Of a stretch of 64,000 nt of DNA, positions 38,521 through 51,365 are shown piece by piece. The notes beneath the pieces are model-generated. The model saw only the letters and a list, made by a program, of their open reading frames with translations. It did not search any database and was not told where the DNA came from. The DNA is from Callorhinchus milii (taxonomy: Eukaryota), in NCBI RefSeq assembly GCF_018977255.1, contig NW_024704742.1:83082001-83146000 (forward strand), given 5' to 3'. Position numbers and translations under genes: made by a program. Every line of letters begins with the position of its first letter. The stretch's first letter is position 1.

Positions 38521-40089
38521 ACTGCCAATTTATTGAAGGGCTGACTAGTTAGGATCAAGGCTGACATCGCAACCCCAATGCATTTTGTTGTAACGTTGAA
38601 AAGTATTTACTTAAGGTCCTGTACTGCATCAAGATATTATTAAAATCTCATAAATCTACAAGTGATGAATGAGAAACGTATGAATCCTATTACCATTCAC
38701 CCCTTGCACTTTTGATTTTTTTCACACATCTCTTTTCCAAAAACTTTGTGCCCTGTTTAATGACAGACAGAGCAGCCGGAACTATAAATTATTGTTGCCC
38801 TTCAGCAAGCCTCTGCATTCCCAAGCAAGAGGTGAAAACCCCCAACCAAATCAAGAACCTTTACACAACCATAATTAATATTGAAACCCTTTAAAGCCTT
38901 AATTATGAGTACTTTTAGCTTCCCAAAGGTAAATAATAATAATTGCACACAGCGACATGCCACAATCAGCCATGAAATGAGTAACCAATTTTATTGGGGG
39001 GGATTGTTGACCAGGACACAAGGAGAAAACTCCTCTTTTCAAATAGTGCCATGAGATCGTTAATATCTACCTGAATTGGCAGAAGGGACCTCAGTCTAAC
39101 GTCTCATCTGAAGGATGGAAAGTAATGGACTTCATTTCCTCAAATAAAAATAATTAATAATAATCCCTCCTCCACCCAACTACCCCACCCAAGAAAGCCA
39201 GAATACTCTGGTTATACGATCATTCACATAAAGTATAGAGGAAACAGATGGGTTTTTGTTTCCATTGAATGAATTAGAATTTGTGGAGATTTGCAGTTAT
39301 TTTTGCCTGTGATATAAAAGTGACTTCATTCTGAAACACCTCTCAGAATTAAGTCTCTTGTTGATGTTGTTCCTCAAAGGATTATTTATCTTTAAAGTAA
39401 CAAGAATAATCCTTGCATTTGTACAGTGCCTTATCACTTTGCCAAGATGTCTCAAAAGGTTGTTTATCATTGGACGCAGAGAGGGAGTTTGTAAAAGCTA
39501 GAAATGTATGAACGCTGATAGGCTCCCAAGGTCTGAATTGAATTGAAAATGGCAAATTGTTGTGATTCACATAATAGCAGTTGTTGCAGAAAGAGCCACC
39601 ATTGTCCATTGTGTGCTTCTGTTAACACTTCTCCTCGTAGTCCTTGTTCCAGCCATTCCCTGTAGTAAAAGATACAGTCCATGTTTTAGAATACCACAGG
39701 GTTGTTTTAGGTTCTGCTAGTGCTGTTGAAAAAACAGCAGGTACTTTTTAATCTCTTCAATGCTATAAACTTAATGGAATTCCACATCCATTGCCTTCCA
39801 GCAAGAACTGTTATATTTTCATCCTTATAATTATAATACTGCCCCCATTTAACATACTGCAGGGTGCCTGCCTTTGCATCTTATTATATTAGCTTGAGAT
39901 TGTTTTTTTTATTTTGTATGGGATTCAGCGTTCGCTAACCTGAGAATGTGTATGTTTAAACAGATAAAGGCCAACCAACATAGGATTTCTAATATCACTT
40001 TTCTGTCCTCAGTTTAGTGTCATCAAGGCGATGTATACCCAGATGTCTTTGCTCTATGGTTTAGGTGGTGAACTGTCTAATGCATGCTT

Positions 40090-40123
<34 letters not shown>
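40090..40123. repeat. (GT)n(AT)n microsatellite
   Basis: Seen directly in the sequence. Confidence 0.85.
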
Positions 40124-40124
<1 letters not shown>

Positions 40125-41517
40125 TTGCCGTGGGGGGTGGAATTGTAACAATGTCAAATGCGTTCTTGCCATCTATCATCGCATGGCATGTTGAAGATAG
40201 AGCTAATAGTCTATAATTGTATCAGAGACCCAAATTCTCACGGCCTTAGATTGAAGACTACTCAAATCTAATATGGAAGTTCTTAAATTAAGTCATAATT
40301 TTGAGGGGTACCCTTTCAAAATTATGATTTGAGTTTCAAACTTTTTTTCTGAAATTCTATGGGATCTTAAATTTGAAGATGAGGGACTTAAGGCCACAGC
40401 CACACTAGACTGCAGGCTCCTGAAGTCTGCCAAGGCAGGAGGAGGCTTTTCTTCCCCAATCGCAGCCCCATCTGAGACCAGATGCAACGTAACAAGTGTT
40501 CATTTATACTGGGTAGCAGATCTTGTATTTCCATTCCCTCTACTTCAACTTTTTTTTCTACTTTACCTTATTTGTTTTTAAATTATGCATTCATCCACAA
40601 AATCCGTGGTCACTCCATTTTGCAGTATATCTTGTGAAGCGCTCAGAGACGTCCTCCTGACATGAAAGGCACTAGACCCAATGTGAGGATTATTGTTATT
40701 ATATGTTATTATGTGGTAACTTACTGCTATAAGTGGTAATGTGATGATGATTCCAAAGAGAGTGTTGTTCTTTTCTGGAACTACGTCGGTAGAATATTCA
40801 CCAAAACTTGTCAATAACTAGTCAAGACTCTTTTGAATATACAATAGGGCCCCTTTATACTATAGTAATAGGGAGCCATAAAATCCTGACCAGTGTTTTT
40901 GACAGATAGGGATCACTTCTGCATCACAACAATGCTAATCCGTGACATCACTCCATGTGTACAGACAGCCGGCTTCTCAAGTGCTACAAAATGGCCAACC
41001 TCCAGGTACATCAGTTTGTCACTTTCACGTGGCTGGAAGTGACGTTAGCGGTGACCTGATGACCAGGAAAATGGCTATTGTGTAGGAACCAGAAACCCCC
41101 CCAAAAGAGCATTATAAGTGAACCCACATTACAATGAAGCACATTATAATGGAGCTCCACTGCAATTAAAGGAAGCGAAAGCTCCTCCTCAACTCCCCTT
41201 TTGAAATATTTCTCTACTAACAAACACTTGTGAACATTACGTTGCGCTAACATGCTGCTTTCAGAACACTTGAGTTTGTGAACTTTAAGAGGGTATCAAG
41301 ATCATCTTCTTCAAACACTCTCCTACGTCTACCCTCCCTGCTCTCCACCGCTCCCAATCACAACCCCCTGCTTGGGTCCAAATCTCTGTTTGTTCAGCAT
41401 CTTGGGATGCCCTCTCAATGTGAAAGGCGCTTTACAAATGTAATTTGTTGTTGTTGTTGTATTCCTTATTCTGGGGAGACATCTCTCTTCATTCTAGATC
41501 TTTGGTTCATCTTATAG

Positions 41518-41637
41518 GTGAAATGTGACCAATATTGGCCTTCTAGAGGCACAGAGACTTTTGGATTGATCCAGGTCACATTGCTGGATACAGTGGAACT
41601 GGCAACCTACTGTGTTAGAACATTTGCATTATACAAG
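41518..41637 (+). CDS. PTPRD: PTPRD D1 exon
   Basis: ttatag|GTG...AAG|gtattt; [40 protein letters not shown]; 120 nt. Confidence 0.97.
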
Positions 41638-42691
41638 GTATTTATTGCAATGTAATGCTTCTTATCTGACAATAAGCTTTGCTTTTTATTCCAGCTTTAT
41701 GGCATATGTTACTCCAAGCTGATCCCTGGCTGGGCTTTGGCCAACATTTCCTGTTTATTGTTTGTTTCTCTCCTATATGATATAGTTTGAAATATCTCTG
41801 CATGCATGATCTTTCTCCAAAATCACCTGATGTATTCTCAAAAACTAAACACGGTTTATATATAAAGTGTTGAAATGGGGCAATTGAAAACCAAGCAACC
41901 AGCACTGTCCAGTGCAACTATCCATTCCTGATAGAACTGTTGTCATTGGAGTGCATTCAATCTCATGAAATGGTGTTCATTCAGTGTTGGGCAATATGCC
42001 CCTAAACAGGAAATGCTGCCTTTACATTAAGCTCAGCCTGTATAAACGCTAAAGGGGCACAGGTCACATTGAAAGCACTCACGTTTCAATAGCTCATGTA
42101 CAACGTCTCCTGTACATTTTTGTGACTAAAGCACTTTGTCCATTCACTTGATTCATTGTGGTTTCGGTAGAGGACAATTCCTCAGCATGGCCTGCCACCT
42201 ATGGCTCAGATCTCTGCAGTTTCCCATAGTTAAATCAGATTTGCGGTTGTAAAATCTGCCAGGCTAATCACCATTTCATTCATTGAAGACAACAAAGTGG
42301 CATGATTTGATCTGTGAAAGACAGGCAGCGGATGTCACTATGTGAGTCAGCATGACACCCCCCCCCCACCACTTGTCAATTATCGCACTGGAGTTTTGTG
42401 TGTGTCAACATGCTAATGACAACGTGCTAACATGCGGCTGTCAGGCTTTCAGACGTTTTGCTCCTGTCCCTAGAACCTCATCTCCAAGTCCCATCGACTC
42501 ACTCCCTCATCATTCAAGACACATCTCAAAACATACCTCCTTGACTACTTTCACATCTCTCCCCACCCCTTCGGCTCCCCCTCCCCAGATCGGGTACCCA
42601 GCCAGCAGTGTTGTCCTCCTGACATGCAAGGTGCTGAATAAATGTGATGTGTATTGTGTTGCAATAACATGGCTGTGTGGAATCCTGACAG

Positions 42692-42846
42692 AACGGCTCC
42701 AGTGAAAAGAGGGAAGTCCGACAGTTCCAGTTCACCGCGTGGCCTGACCATGGCGTTCCAGAGCATCCCACACCTTTCTTGGCCTTCTTGAGGCGAGTGA
42801 AAGCCTGTAATCCTCCCGATGCTGGGCCTATGGTTGTACATTGCAG
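42692..42846 (+). CDS. PTPRD: PTPRD D1 exon (WPD loop, catalytic Cys)
   Basis: gacag|AAC...TGC AG|gtaagt; [51 protein letters not shown]; 155 nt. Confidence 0.97.
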
Positions 42847-42869
42847 GTAAGTGAAGCATTCCATCAATG

Positions 42870-43230
42870 TGGAGTTTCGTAAGCAAATTGGTTAGCTTTC
42901 TTTCCTTGCAACAAGAGGACGTTGGTTTGATTCCTGGACGGGGCAAAACCTTAGGCAAGTTTCCTTACTCCACACGGTTTACCTAGAAATAAGTAGGAAC
43001 CTAGTTATTAGTCAATTGGCAGATCACTTTCCGAGGGTAATAATCTGTAAAAAAAAAAAAAAAAGTGTCATTCAATTCACCACTGTTTGTGGAACATTGC
43101 TATACCCAATTGGCTGCCGCGTTTTGCCCACAAAATATACAGTCAATTCACTTTACATTATATTCTGTGAAGTGCTTTGAGATGTCTCAACGATGTGATA
43201 AGGCACTATATCAAATGCAAGGATTATTAC
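42870..43230 (+). mobile_element. tRNA-derived SINE, long form
   Basis: diverged head, ggcaagtttccttactccacac, gtttacctag segment, then 3' body and tail. Confidence 0.8.
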
Positions 43231-43793
43231 CACTGACTGATGGAGCAGCATGCTTAGTTTACTTTTTAACCCTTTTTCCTTCTTATTCTCTCTCCTTTCT
43301 CTTTCTCTCCTCTCATTCTCTTTCTCTCCTCTCTCTCTCTCTCTTAACAATGTTCTCCTCTTCCCTTCTCTTCTCTTGATGTAATTTGACTGTAATTTTC
43401 CATATGCTCAGTCTCCCTCCTGTACCTCGCCTATTGTTCTAGTGTGAGCCAAGGCAGTGAGCCTTGACAGGCTGAATGAGCCTACAGAATACACGTCCCT
43501 GCAGCTTGCAGTAAATCTTCCAAAGTGCTTTGAGATGTTCTCCCGGCATGAAAACCACTGTATCATATGCAAGAATTATTATTTATTACTTAGAGACATG
43601 CCATGCAGATAACATTGCACACTTTCCAGCAGTGATCACTGGATCAGAAGTAAAAACCCTGGCAGATTTTTCCCTTCCCTAGCCCAGGATAGTGAAGTTA
43701 ATAATAGGGAGAGAGTGTGCATTCCATTCCAACAATTTATATCTGGAATTTCCATGGGTAGGTGAGATTCATGGAATTCTCACTTTGGTTTGG

Positions 43794-44121
43794 ATAATAA
43801 TAATAATAATAATGATGATCCTTCCATTTGATATAGCGCTTTTCACATCTTCTAGATGTCTCAAAGCGCTTCACAGTGTATACTGTAAAGTGAATTGACT
43901 GTATATTTGTGGGTGAAACGCAGCAGCCAATTGTGCACAGCAGTATCCCACAAATAGTCGTGGATTGAAAATGACCAATTTATTATTGTTTTTTTTCTTG
44001 AGGGATTATTATCAGGCGTGTGAAGTAAGGAAACTTGCCCAAGGTTTCACCCTGCCGGGAATTGAACCCAGGTCTCTCGCTTGCAAAGCGAGTGCTCTAA
44101 CCACTGAGCTACAGGACTCCA
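43794..44121 (-). mobile_element. full-length tRNA(Ala-like)-derived SINE nested in family X
   Basis: Reverse complement starts tggagtcctgtagctcagtggttagagcactcgctttgcaagcgag; (ATT)n tail; family X sequence continues on both flanks. Confidence 0.9.
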
Positions 44122-46242
44122 CAATCTTAAGCATGGTGATGGGTTTACGCATGTGTCAGACACTTGGTTGACCAAAACAGTTAATTGGAGCTACCAAATC
44201 CAAGAACAGCTAAATAGGCCAGGGATCAACCCAGAGACCAGTCCAGTCCGTTTGACACAACTATGGAGTGAGCTAACGGGGAGCTGGCCTGGGAGGCTTT
44301 GCTGTTATTGCTGTCATGCTTATATCCTGTTCTCTAGAAGCAAGCTTAGGGTCCAAATAAAACAGCTTCCCACAAGGAGAGGCAGTCATCCCAGATTAAT
44401 GTCATAATTGTTTCAATAAGTGTCCGCCTAAACCACTGTTTAGGCTAAGCAGTAAATCAGTGTGATCCAGTCAGGAGGAAAGACTTGAGGACTATGTCTA
44501 GAATTTAGGAATGATCGAAAAATGCAACATTTGCTAACAGGTTGGAATTGATAACTCACATCAGATCATGAAATGTCACACTTTTCACCCTCCTTATGCG
44601 GCAGCTGACAGATATATTCTCGAAGTTGCAGCAGCCATGAGAGGCTTGTGATACATAGGAACGTAGAAACAGGAGTAGGCTATTCAGCCCCTTGATTCTG
44701 TTCGGCCATTCTATTAGATCATGACTGATCTGTGCCTCAACTCAATATGTGAAGAGACAAGACACCATCCTTGAAGATGTTTTTTTATTAGCCTTATTGT
44801 CAGAAATAAGTGCACACGTTTTAACCAGTTCAGTGACAAATGTTTCTGGAGCAACATTATTTACAGTGTAGATGAGGCAGCCCCTGAAAGGTTAATGAGG
44901 AATCGGAAATTCCAGGAGTAGAGAGGTGGCAAGGGAGTGCATTCTGCCCTGAGCCGTTCAGAAGAAGCTGATGTTTATGAATGGACGTCAAGTGCTGTTG
45001 AATGTAATGCAAAGTGCACAGTTTAGTTTTGAGAATGTCAACATGGCTAAGCGTCTCCTGAGAACTTATCGGGACTGAATTCAGGGTCAGCCACCTCTCC
45101 CAATTCAAAGGAAAAATTCCTCTTCCTTTTTCTGTGGAATTGCATTGTGAAATTTATGTTTTTAGTAGCAGAACCTTTGAGGGAACAAACCGATATCATT
45201 AATCATTGAGCCTTTATAAATCACTTGGCTGCCTGCTAATGCATTGCATATGTTGTGTTGTGAAGTCTCTCGCTTTGTGCTAATGCGTAACGAATGAAAA
45301 AGTCAGCTATGCAATAGGGCTGCTTGTCGTGCCTGTGCATTTGCCAATTAACCATGCACTATTAAACACTAATAAACTTCCAACAACAAAGTGATGTTTC
45401 CATTACCCCTGCATTCATGGTCTTCAGATAAGACTATTTTTAAATTATTTGTTTCACATACAAACATTGAAATTGACAGCGCAGAAGGAGGCCTTTCAGC
45501 CCATCAAGTGTATGCCATTATTTTTTTCTCCCTTTCTCCTCTCCAGCAGGAGGTTTGGCCACTTTGGGGATTAAAATTCTCCCCTCTCAGTCACTTTTAG
45601 AATTTTTTAGCAAGATTCCGTAACAATGAATCCCAATAGAATTCCCACCAAAACGTTGGAATTTGACTCCCAAAGTAGATCATGCGGATGCACCGTTCAT
45701 AGGTCAGTGCGCAATTGGATGCCACGATTCGCCCACAAAATATGCAGTCAATACACTTTACAATATATTCTGTGAAGCGCTTTGAGACGTCTGGAAGACG
45801 TAATAAGGCGCTATATCAAGTGCAAGGATTATTATTATTATGTACTTCAAGCTACTGAGAATGAGTCTCAATTTGCCCACTTGAATTCTTTACTAAGAAT
45901 CCTCTTAAGAACGAACACAAACCAGACACAGACATCTCTTCCTTTTACTCTACTTTTGTTCGTAAAAACATAAGCAACAATTGCATAATTTTATTGCTTG
46001 ATTTAAAAAAAAACGGAACAGAGACCAGGAATCAAAAATGGTAGGTGTGCATCTAACCAGTTCAAAGCGCTTCTCTGGTACTTCTCTGGGACCTTGTCAG
46101 GCTCAGACTACCCTATTCATTGTAGCTTTGGTTTGCAGGGTTGAGAGCATTTTTGTCTACACCACCAGGTGAGATTGAACAACAGAAATGCATTGATTTA
46201 CAGTGGGACTGACATTGCCACCTATGGTCAGGTAGACCAGCA

Positions 46243-46500
46243 AAACCAGACTTACATGTGCAGTATTTACACTTGGGCCAGAGGTATCAGGGGATGGTCC
46301 CCTATAATGCATTGGTGGTTGGCTTCAGGAGAGGAAATAGTGCAGAGGAGGTGGGGAATTAGACTAATCTGAAACCAGACTTACATGTGCAGTATTTACA
46401 CTTGGGCCAGAGGTATCAGGGGATGGTCCCCTATAATGCATTGGTGGTTGGCTTCAGGAGAGGAAATAGTGCAGAGGAGGTGGGGGATTAGACTAATCTG
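46243..46500 (+). repeat. 129-bp tandem duplication (2 copies, 1 mismatch)
   Basis: 46243-46371 equals 46372-46500 except ggggaatt vs gggggatt. Confidence 0.95.
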
Positions 46501-46575
46501 AGCTAAGAGAAACCACTGAGAAGATGTCTGATATCAATGTCATTTCAATGTTTGATTTGTATGCTTTGTTCTTAG

Positions 46576-46861
46576 TGCCGGAGTTGGAAGAACTGGGTGC
46601 TTCATTGTAATAGATGCCATGTTGGAGAGAATAAAGCACGAGAAAACTGTAGATATTTATGGTCACGTAACACTAATGCGATCACAGAGGAATTACATGG
46701 TTCAGACTGAGGACCAATATATCTTTATTCATGATGCACTGCATGAAGCAGTGACTTGTGGAAATACCGAAGTGCCAGCCAGAAACCTGTATGCTTATAT
46801 CCAGAAGCTGACACAAGTGGAGCCAGGAGAAAACGTCACAGGAATGGAACTGGAATTCAAG
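46576..46861 (+). CDS. PTPRD: PTPRD D1 exon (P-loop remainder, Q loop)
   Basis: cttag|T GCC...AAG|gtaatt; [32 protein letters not shown]...MVQTEDQY...GMELEFK; 286 nt. Confidence 0.97.
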
Positions 46862-47429
46862 GTAATTCAAGTCTTCTTATTGAGGAAAAATATTGGTGCT
46901 TAATATAATAGTTAACGCCACTGCCACTGATTTGACATGGGTATTCAGCCATCATCTACAAGTCACTGTGCCTCCTGGAGGTTGAGCCTGTGCTTGAACC
47001 ATATCATGGTTTATTTTTAGTGGAGAAACTGAAAAGCCAATGGTCTTCCAGATTAATTGATCCTTCACCTCATGGCAGCTTGTTGGATCGTGTATGCGAA
47101 TACATCTTGGCTCAAGACGTACCTCTATGACCACGGTTGGGTCATCTTTCCCCCAACCCCTTTTGCCTCCCACCCTCAGCTTGGGTACCCAGCCACCAAT
47201 GTCGAGTGCTGCAAGATGTGTATATATTATTGTGGATTTTAAGAAAATTCCTCTGTAAATTGGGAGATGCTATGACCTGCAGAACAGATTTCACAGAAAG
47301 TCCTGGCATTAAAAAGACTTTCAGAGCAGCATTCCAATGGGTTTACATCACATAAGTCCAGTTATTGAAAGGAGTCACACGCAGAATCCTTATTAAAGAA
47401 TCCCATTGGAAGTCGTTGCTTATTATCCA

Positions 47430-47690
47430 AAAGGTGGACATTATAGATCCCATGACACTATTCAAAAGAGAAGGGAGTTTCTCCTGGTGCCGTGGCCAGT
47501 AATTCCCCAGATAAAATTGGCCATACTCTTCATGGCTGTTTGTGGCACATTGATTGCTAAGCACAAATTGGCTGCCGTGTTCACATACAAAATAGGCAGT
47601 TACTGCACTCTACATTAAAATCCTGTGAACCGCTTTTGAGATGTTTTGACGATGTGATACAGCACTATATGAATTCCTAGCATGATTATA
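47430..47690 (+). mobile_element. Deu-domain SINE 3' part
   Basis: ggtggacattatagatcccatgacactattcaaaagagaagggagtt..aaattggctgccgtgtt. Confidence 0.7.
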
Positions 47691-48228
47691 TTCCCTTAAG
47701 TAATTACATAAACCTGGCCAAACAGAATAACTTTTTAAGACTTTTCAACTAACTGTTAATGTTTATATTATCAGAGGATGCAATATTTTTCTTTCTCAAT
47801 TCTGTCTGTCACTTCAAATTTAAAACCGCAAACAAGTGCTATGTGAATGGGAAGCAAAATGAAGGCACGTTGCCAAAATAAAAGGCAGTCACTTCCTAGC
47901 TTCTGCCTTGATTTTCCCAAATGGAAAAAGCTTTCACATTGATTTAACTTGAAATCGTAAGAAACATGCTAGCTCTCTCAGTCCAAGACATGTATGTCAA
48001 ATATAAAGATATGTACATAAAGGAAAAAGTACCTAAGAGTGCCAGAATCTAGCCAATAAATTGCATAACAATCCACTTTTTGATTGATTGGTGTGTCCAT
48101 TACTGATGTTAAATATACTATTGTTGAACTCTGGCCCAGGAGCTGATGTTATTAGCTGGTGTGTGTATGACTTTCTTATAGCACCATTATCTAGTGTAAC
48201 TGAAACACTCTTTGTTTTTCCTCCACAG

Positions 48229-48407
48229 CATCTAGCCAACACTAAAGCTCACACATCAAGATTCATTAGTGCCAATCTCCCATGTAATAAATTCAAGAAT
48301 CGCCTTGTTAATATTATGCCATATGAATCCACAAGAGTATGTCTACAGCCAATCAGAGGAGTGGAGGGCTCAGACTATATTAATGCCAGTTTTATTGACG
48401 GATATAG
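48229..48407 (+). CDS. PTPRD: PTPRD D2 exon
   Basis: ccacag|CAT...TAT AG|gtaagt; [59 protein letters not shown]; 179 nt. Confidence 0.97.
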
Positions 48408-48772
48408 GTAAGTGAGACTAAAATGGTATGAAGGGGAACACTCCTGCGGTCTGTGTTTGTTGGGTTTCACCCATAGTGAGGCGCGCTCTGTTGGTATATA
48501 AAAAGGATGAGAACAGAGGTAAATCAGTCCAATTGTGCAGCGGCTACTATTTTCCTGGTATGAATCTGTCAGTTATCGCACAGTAAGTCTGCATTGCTTT
48601 ACTCAGTAGATAAGAAGGCATCCTGTGAAGTGGTAGTGAAACACATTCAGTGACACACGCAGTGACCGCATTGCACAACAAAAATGATGGTGTTGAAAGA
48701 TTTCTGACTGGCTTTAGTGGGTATTGTTCAAAAGCCCACAGGTTAACACTCATGGCAAGTGTTTAGTAATAG

Positions 48773-49090
48773 TGGAGTCCTGTAGCTCAGTGGTTAGAGC
48801 ACTCGCCTTGCAAGCGAGACACCTGGGTTCAATTCCAGGCAGCGCGAAACCTTGGGCAAGTTTCCTTACTCCACACAGAGCCTAATAATAATCCCTCCAA
48901 AACAAAAAAATAATAAATTGGTCATGTTCAATCCACGACTGTTTGTGGGACACTGCTGTGGGCAATTGGCTGCTGTGTTTCACCCACAAATATACAGTCA
49001 ATTCACTTTACAGGATATTCTGTGAAGCGCTTTGAGACATCGAGAAGACATGAAAAGCACTATATCAAATGCAAGGATTATTATTATTAT
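48773..49090 (+). mobile_element. full-length tRNA(Ala-like)-derived SINE
   Basis: A box and B box, anticodon arm ctcgc-cttgcaa-gcgag, body shared with the 43794 copy, (ATT)n tail. Confidence 0.92.
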
Positions 49091-50814
49091 TTAATACATT
49101 GTAAATTACCATGCTCTATTAATGATAGATAAGATAATAGGTACAAAGATGATAATACATCGAGTCTGTTAGGAAATATCACAATTTTGCTCTGTTCATT
49201 TTGAGTCCAATTGTTCCTAAACACTTTTGTAGATTTAGCCTTATTCTCAGTCAAAGCTACAAACGGTGGATGTCACAGCCGTGTCTGTTCAGGTGCTCTG
49301 AAATGCTACCCTGTGTGAAGGGTGCTATATACAAGTTGTTATTGTTGTTTTGTCTGACTCTCACCCGACTGCCAAAGACACACAACACGTATAAGGTGCT
49401 GTTGAGGAACCAGAAGCAGGAACCTTGGTTTACCCTACTTATCCCAGGGAGAGCGGGAGACAATTTAACTTTCCCTTCCAAACCAGGCTGAGACCAGCAA
49501 ACAATACAGACAGAGATTTGAACCAGTGAGCTTCAGGTCCATAAACTGCAGCTCTATCCACTAAATCACTGGAGCTATCATTTTATAGAGTTATCAGAAT
49601 CCCTGAATGAGATTCTCTCCAGTTACCGCTCCTGAACACCATTCTTTTATATATGAACCATCTGATCCCTCAGTAACAATACTGTCCTGGAATCATTCCT
49701 GGATACATATTATTTTCTTTATAATATATGGAAAGGGGAGTTTATAATGTGACAGTATCAAACGGATTTCTTACTTAATAATGACACAAATGGGGATTCC
49801 TCCAGGAAATCAAAAGACTCACGGACACTGCAGTGAGACGCGACCTACTTTTGGAGCGGAAACGCTTCTGGTTTGCGTGACACGCTTCCAGGTCTAGAAA
49901 CCAGAAGGAAGGGCTATCATTGTACAGAGGTTTCAGAATCCCTCAATGAGATTCTCCCCAGTTACCAATCTGTTCCCTTCGTTCCACCATTGGCGGCCGT
50001 GCTTTCAGAGGGAGAAAATCTATCTGTCAAGCGCTCTGGGATGCTACCCTCCATGAGGGTATATAAATGCAAGTAGTTGTTGTTGAATTCCTTTTACCAC
50101 TCTGAGGCCTTATTAAAAAAAAGTTTGAAATCTGCTTTGCTCCATTTTAGTCCCCATAGACAGTAGTTATTTCACAAGTAAACTCACCAGACCACATCTG
50201 CAGGACGACTATGAGTTAATAGTAAGGTCCTTCTGACTAATGATGTAAACTGCTTGCAACTTTTTTCCCCAAATAAATTGAAAAGAAAACTGTTAATGAT
50301 GTTTGTTCCCAGTTGTAAGCCATGAATATAATCATCGTAACGTTCTAATGGAGGTAATCTTGTCTCGCCTGTAAAAAGTTTAATTTTTACCTTATGCCTA
50401 TAAACAGCATGCTGCAAGGTTTTTAGCACAGTCACAGAAACAAACATAATAAAAACAGTACTTATTTCATTAATCTGTCTGCCAGCATATTGTGCACAAT
50501 AAAGATAGGTTTGTCGACTTGCAGAGATGCTACAAGATATAATTACAGCCCCTAATTGAATATTAATGACTAACAAACCAAGAGGTTTCTTGCTAGCATT
50601 TTGCAGCGCACTGCACAAAACCTATTCTGTGCCTGACTGTATCCATTTATCTGAAACTTGCACATGGAATTGCTAGGATTTATTTTTCTTTACTTGGGCA
50701 ATTTTTCTTCCCTCTCCTGAGGACACTACCTGATATTGCCATGTGCTTCCCCCAGTACCTGGCCAAATTGATTGCTCTACATGTTGGTGTGAGCCTGGCT
50801 CAGTTGGTACCACT

Positions 50815-51365
50815 CTCGCCTGCAGATCATCCAGAACTTTGCTGCTTATTATCCCCCGCACCAGGCTCTGTGACCCCATCACCCCCACCCTAGCCCGGCT
50901 CCACTGGCTCCCCATCCCCACAGGATAGAATTCAAGATCCTCATTCTCGCCTTCAAGGCCCTCCATGGCCTTGCTGTTTCCTATCTCTGTGACCTGCTAA
51001 CTACATATCGACCTGCCCGCTCCCTCCGCTCAGCAGGCTCCAGCCTGCTCAACGTCCCGCTCCCAACCCAACTCACCATTGGCAGTCAGGCCTTCAGCCT
51101 CTTTGCCCCTACCCTTTGGAACTCCATCCCACAGTCTCTTTGTCGTGCTTCCTCCATTGCCTTCTTCAAGGCACATCTCAAGACCCTCCTCTTCAACAAC
51201 AACATCTTGCATTTATATAACGCCTTTCACACAGAGCGCTTAAGTCTTCAACAATGCCTTTGGGTTACCTCTACCCTCTTGCCCTCTGCCCCTTCTGAAC
51301 CCAACCGCCTGCTCGATTCCAAATCCCTGACTGCGCCTTGGAACGTCCTCCCGACGTGAAAGCAG
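50815..51365 (+). mobile_element. L2 3' fragment containing a 45-bp nested insert
   Basis: RTRLCDPITPTLARLHWLPIP; L2 3' UTR ..gaacgtcctcccgacgtgaaa. Confidence 0.85.

Noticed and set aside
46243..46500. Direct repeats as a CRISPR-like array
   Set aside because: Only two contiguous units, no spacers, vertebrate intron.
48773..48845. tRNA-Ala(TGC)-like cloverleaf (also at 7823, 26264 and ~44050-44121)
   Set aside because: Each continues into a shared SINE body and (ATT)n tail and has a poor acceptor stem; these are SINE heads, not tRNA genes.
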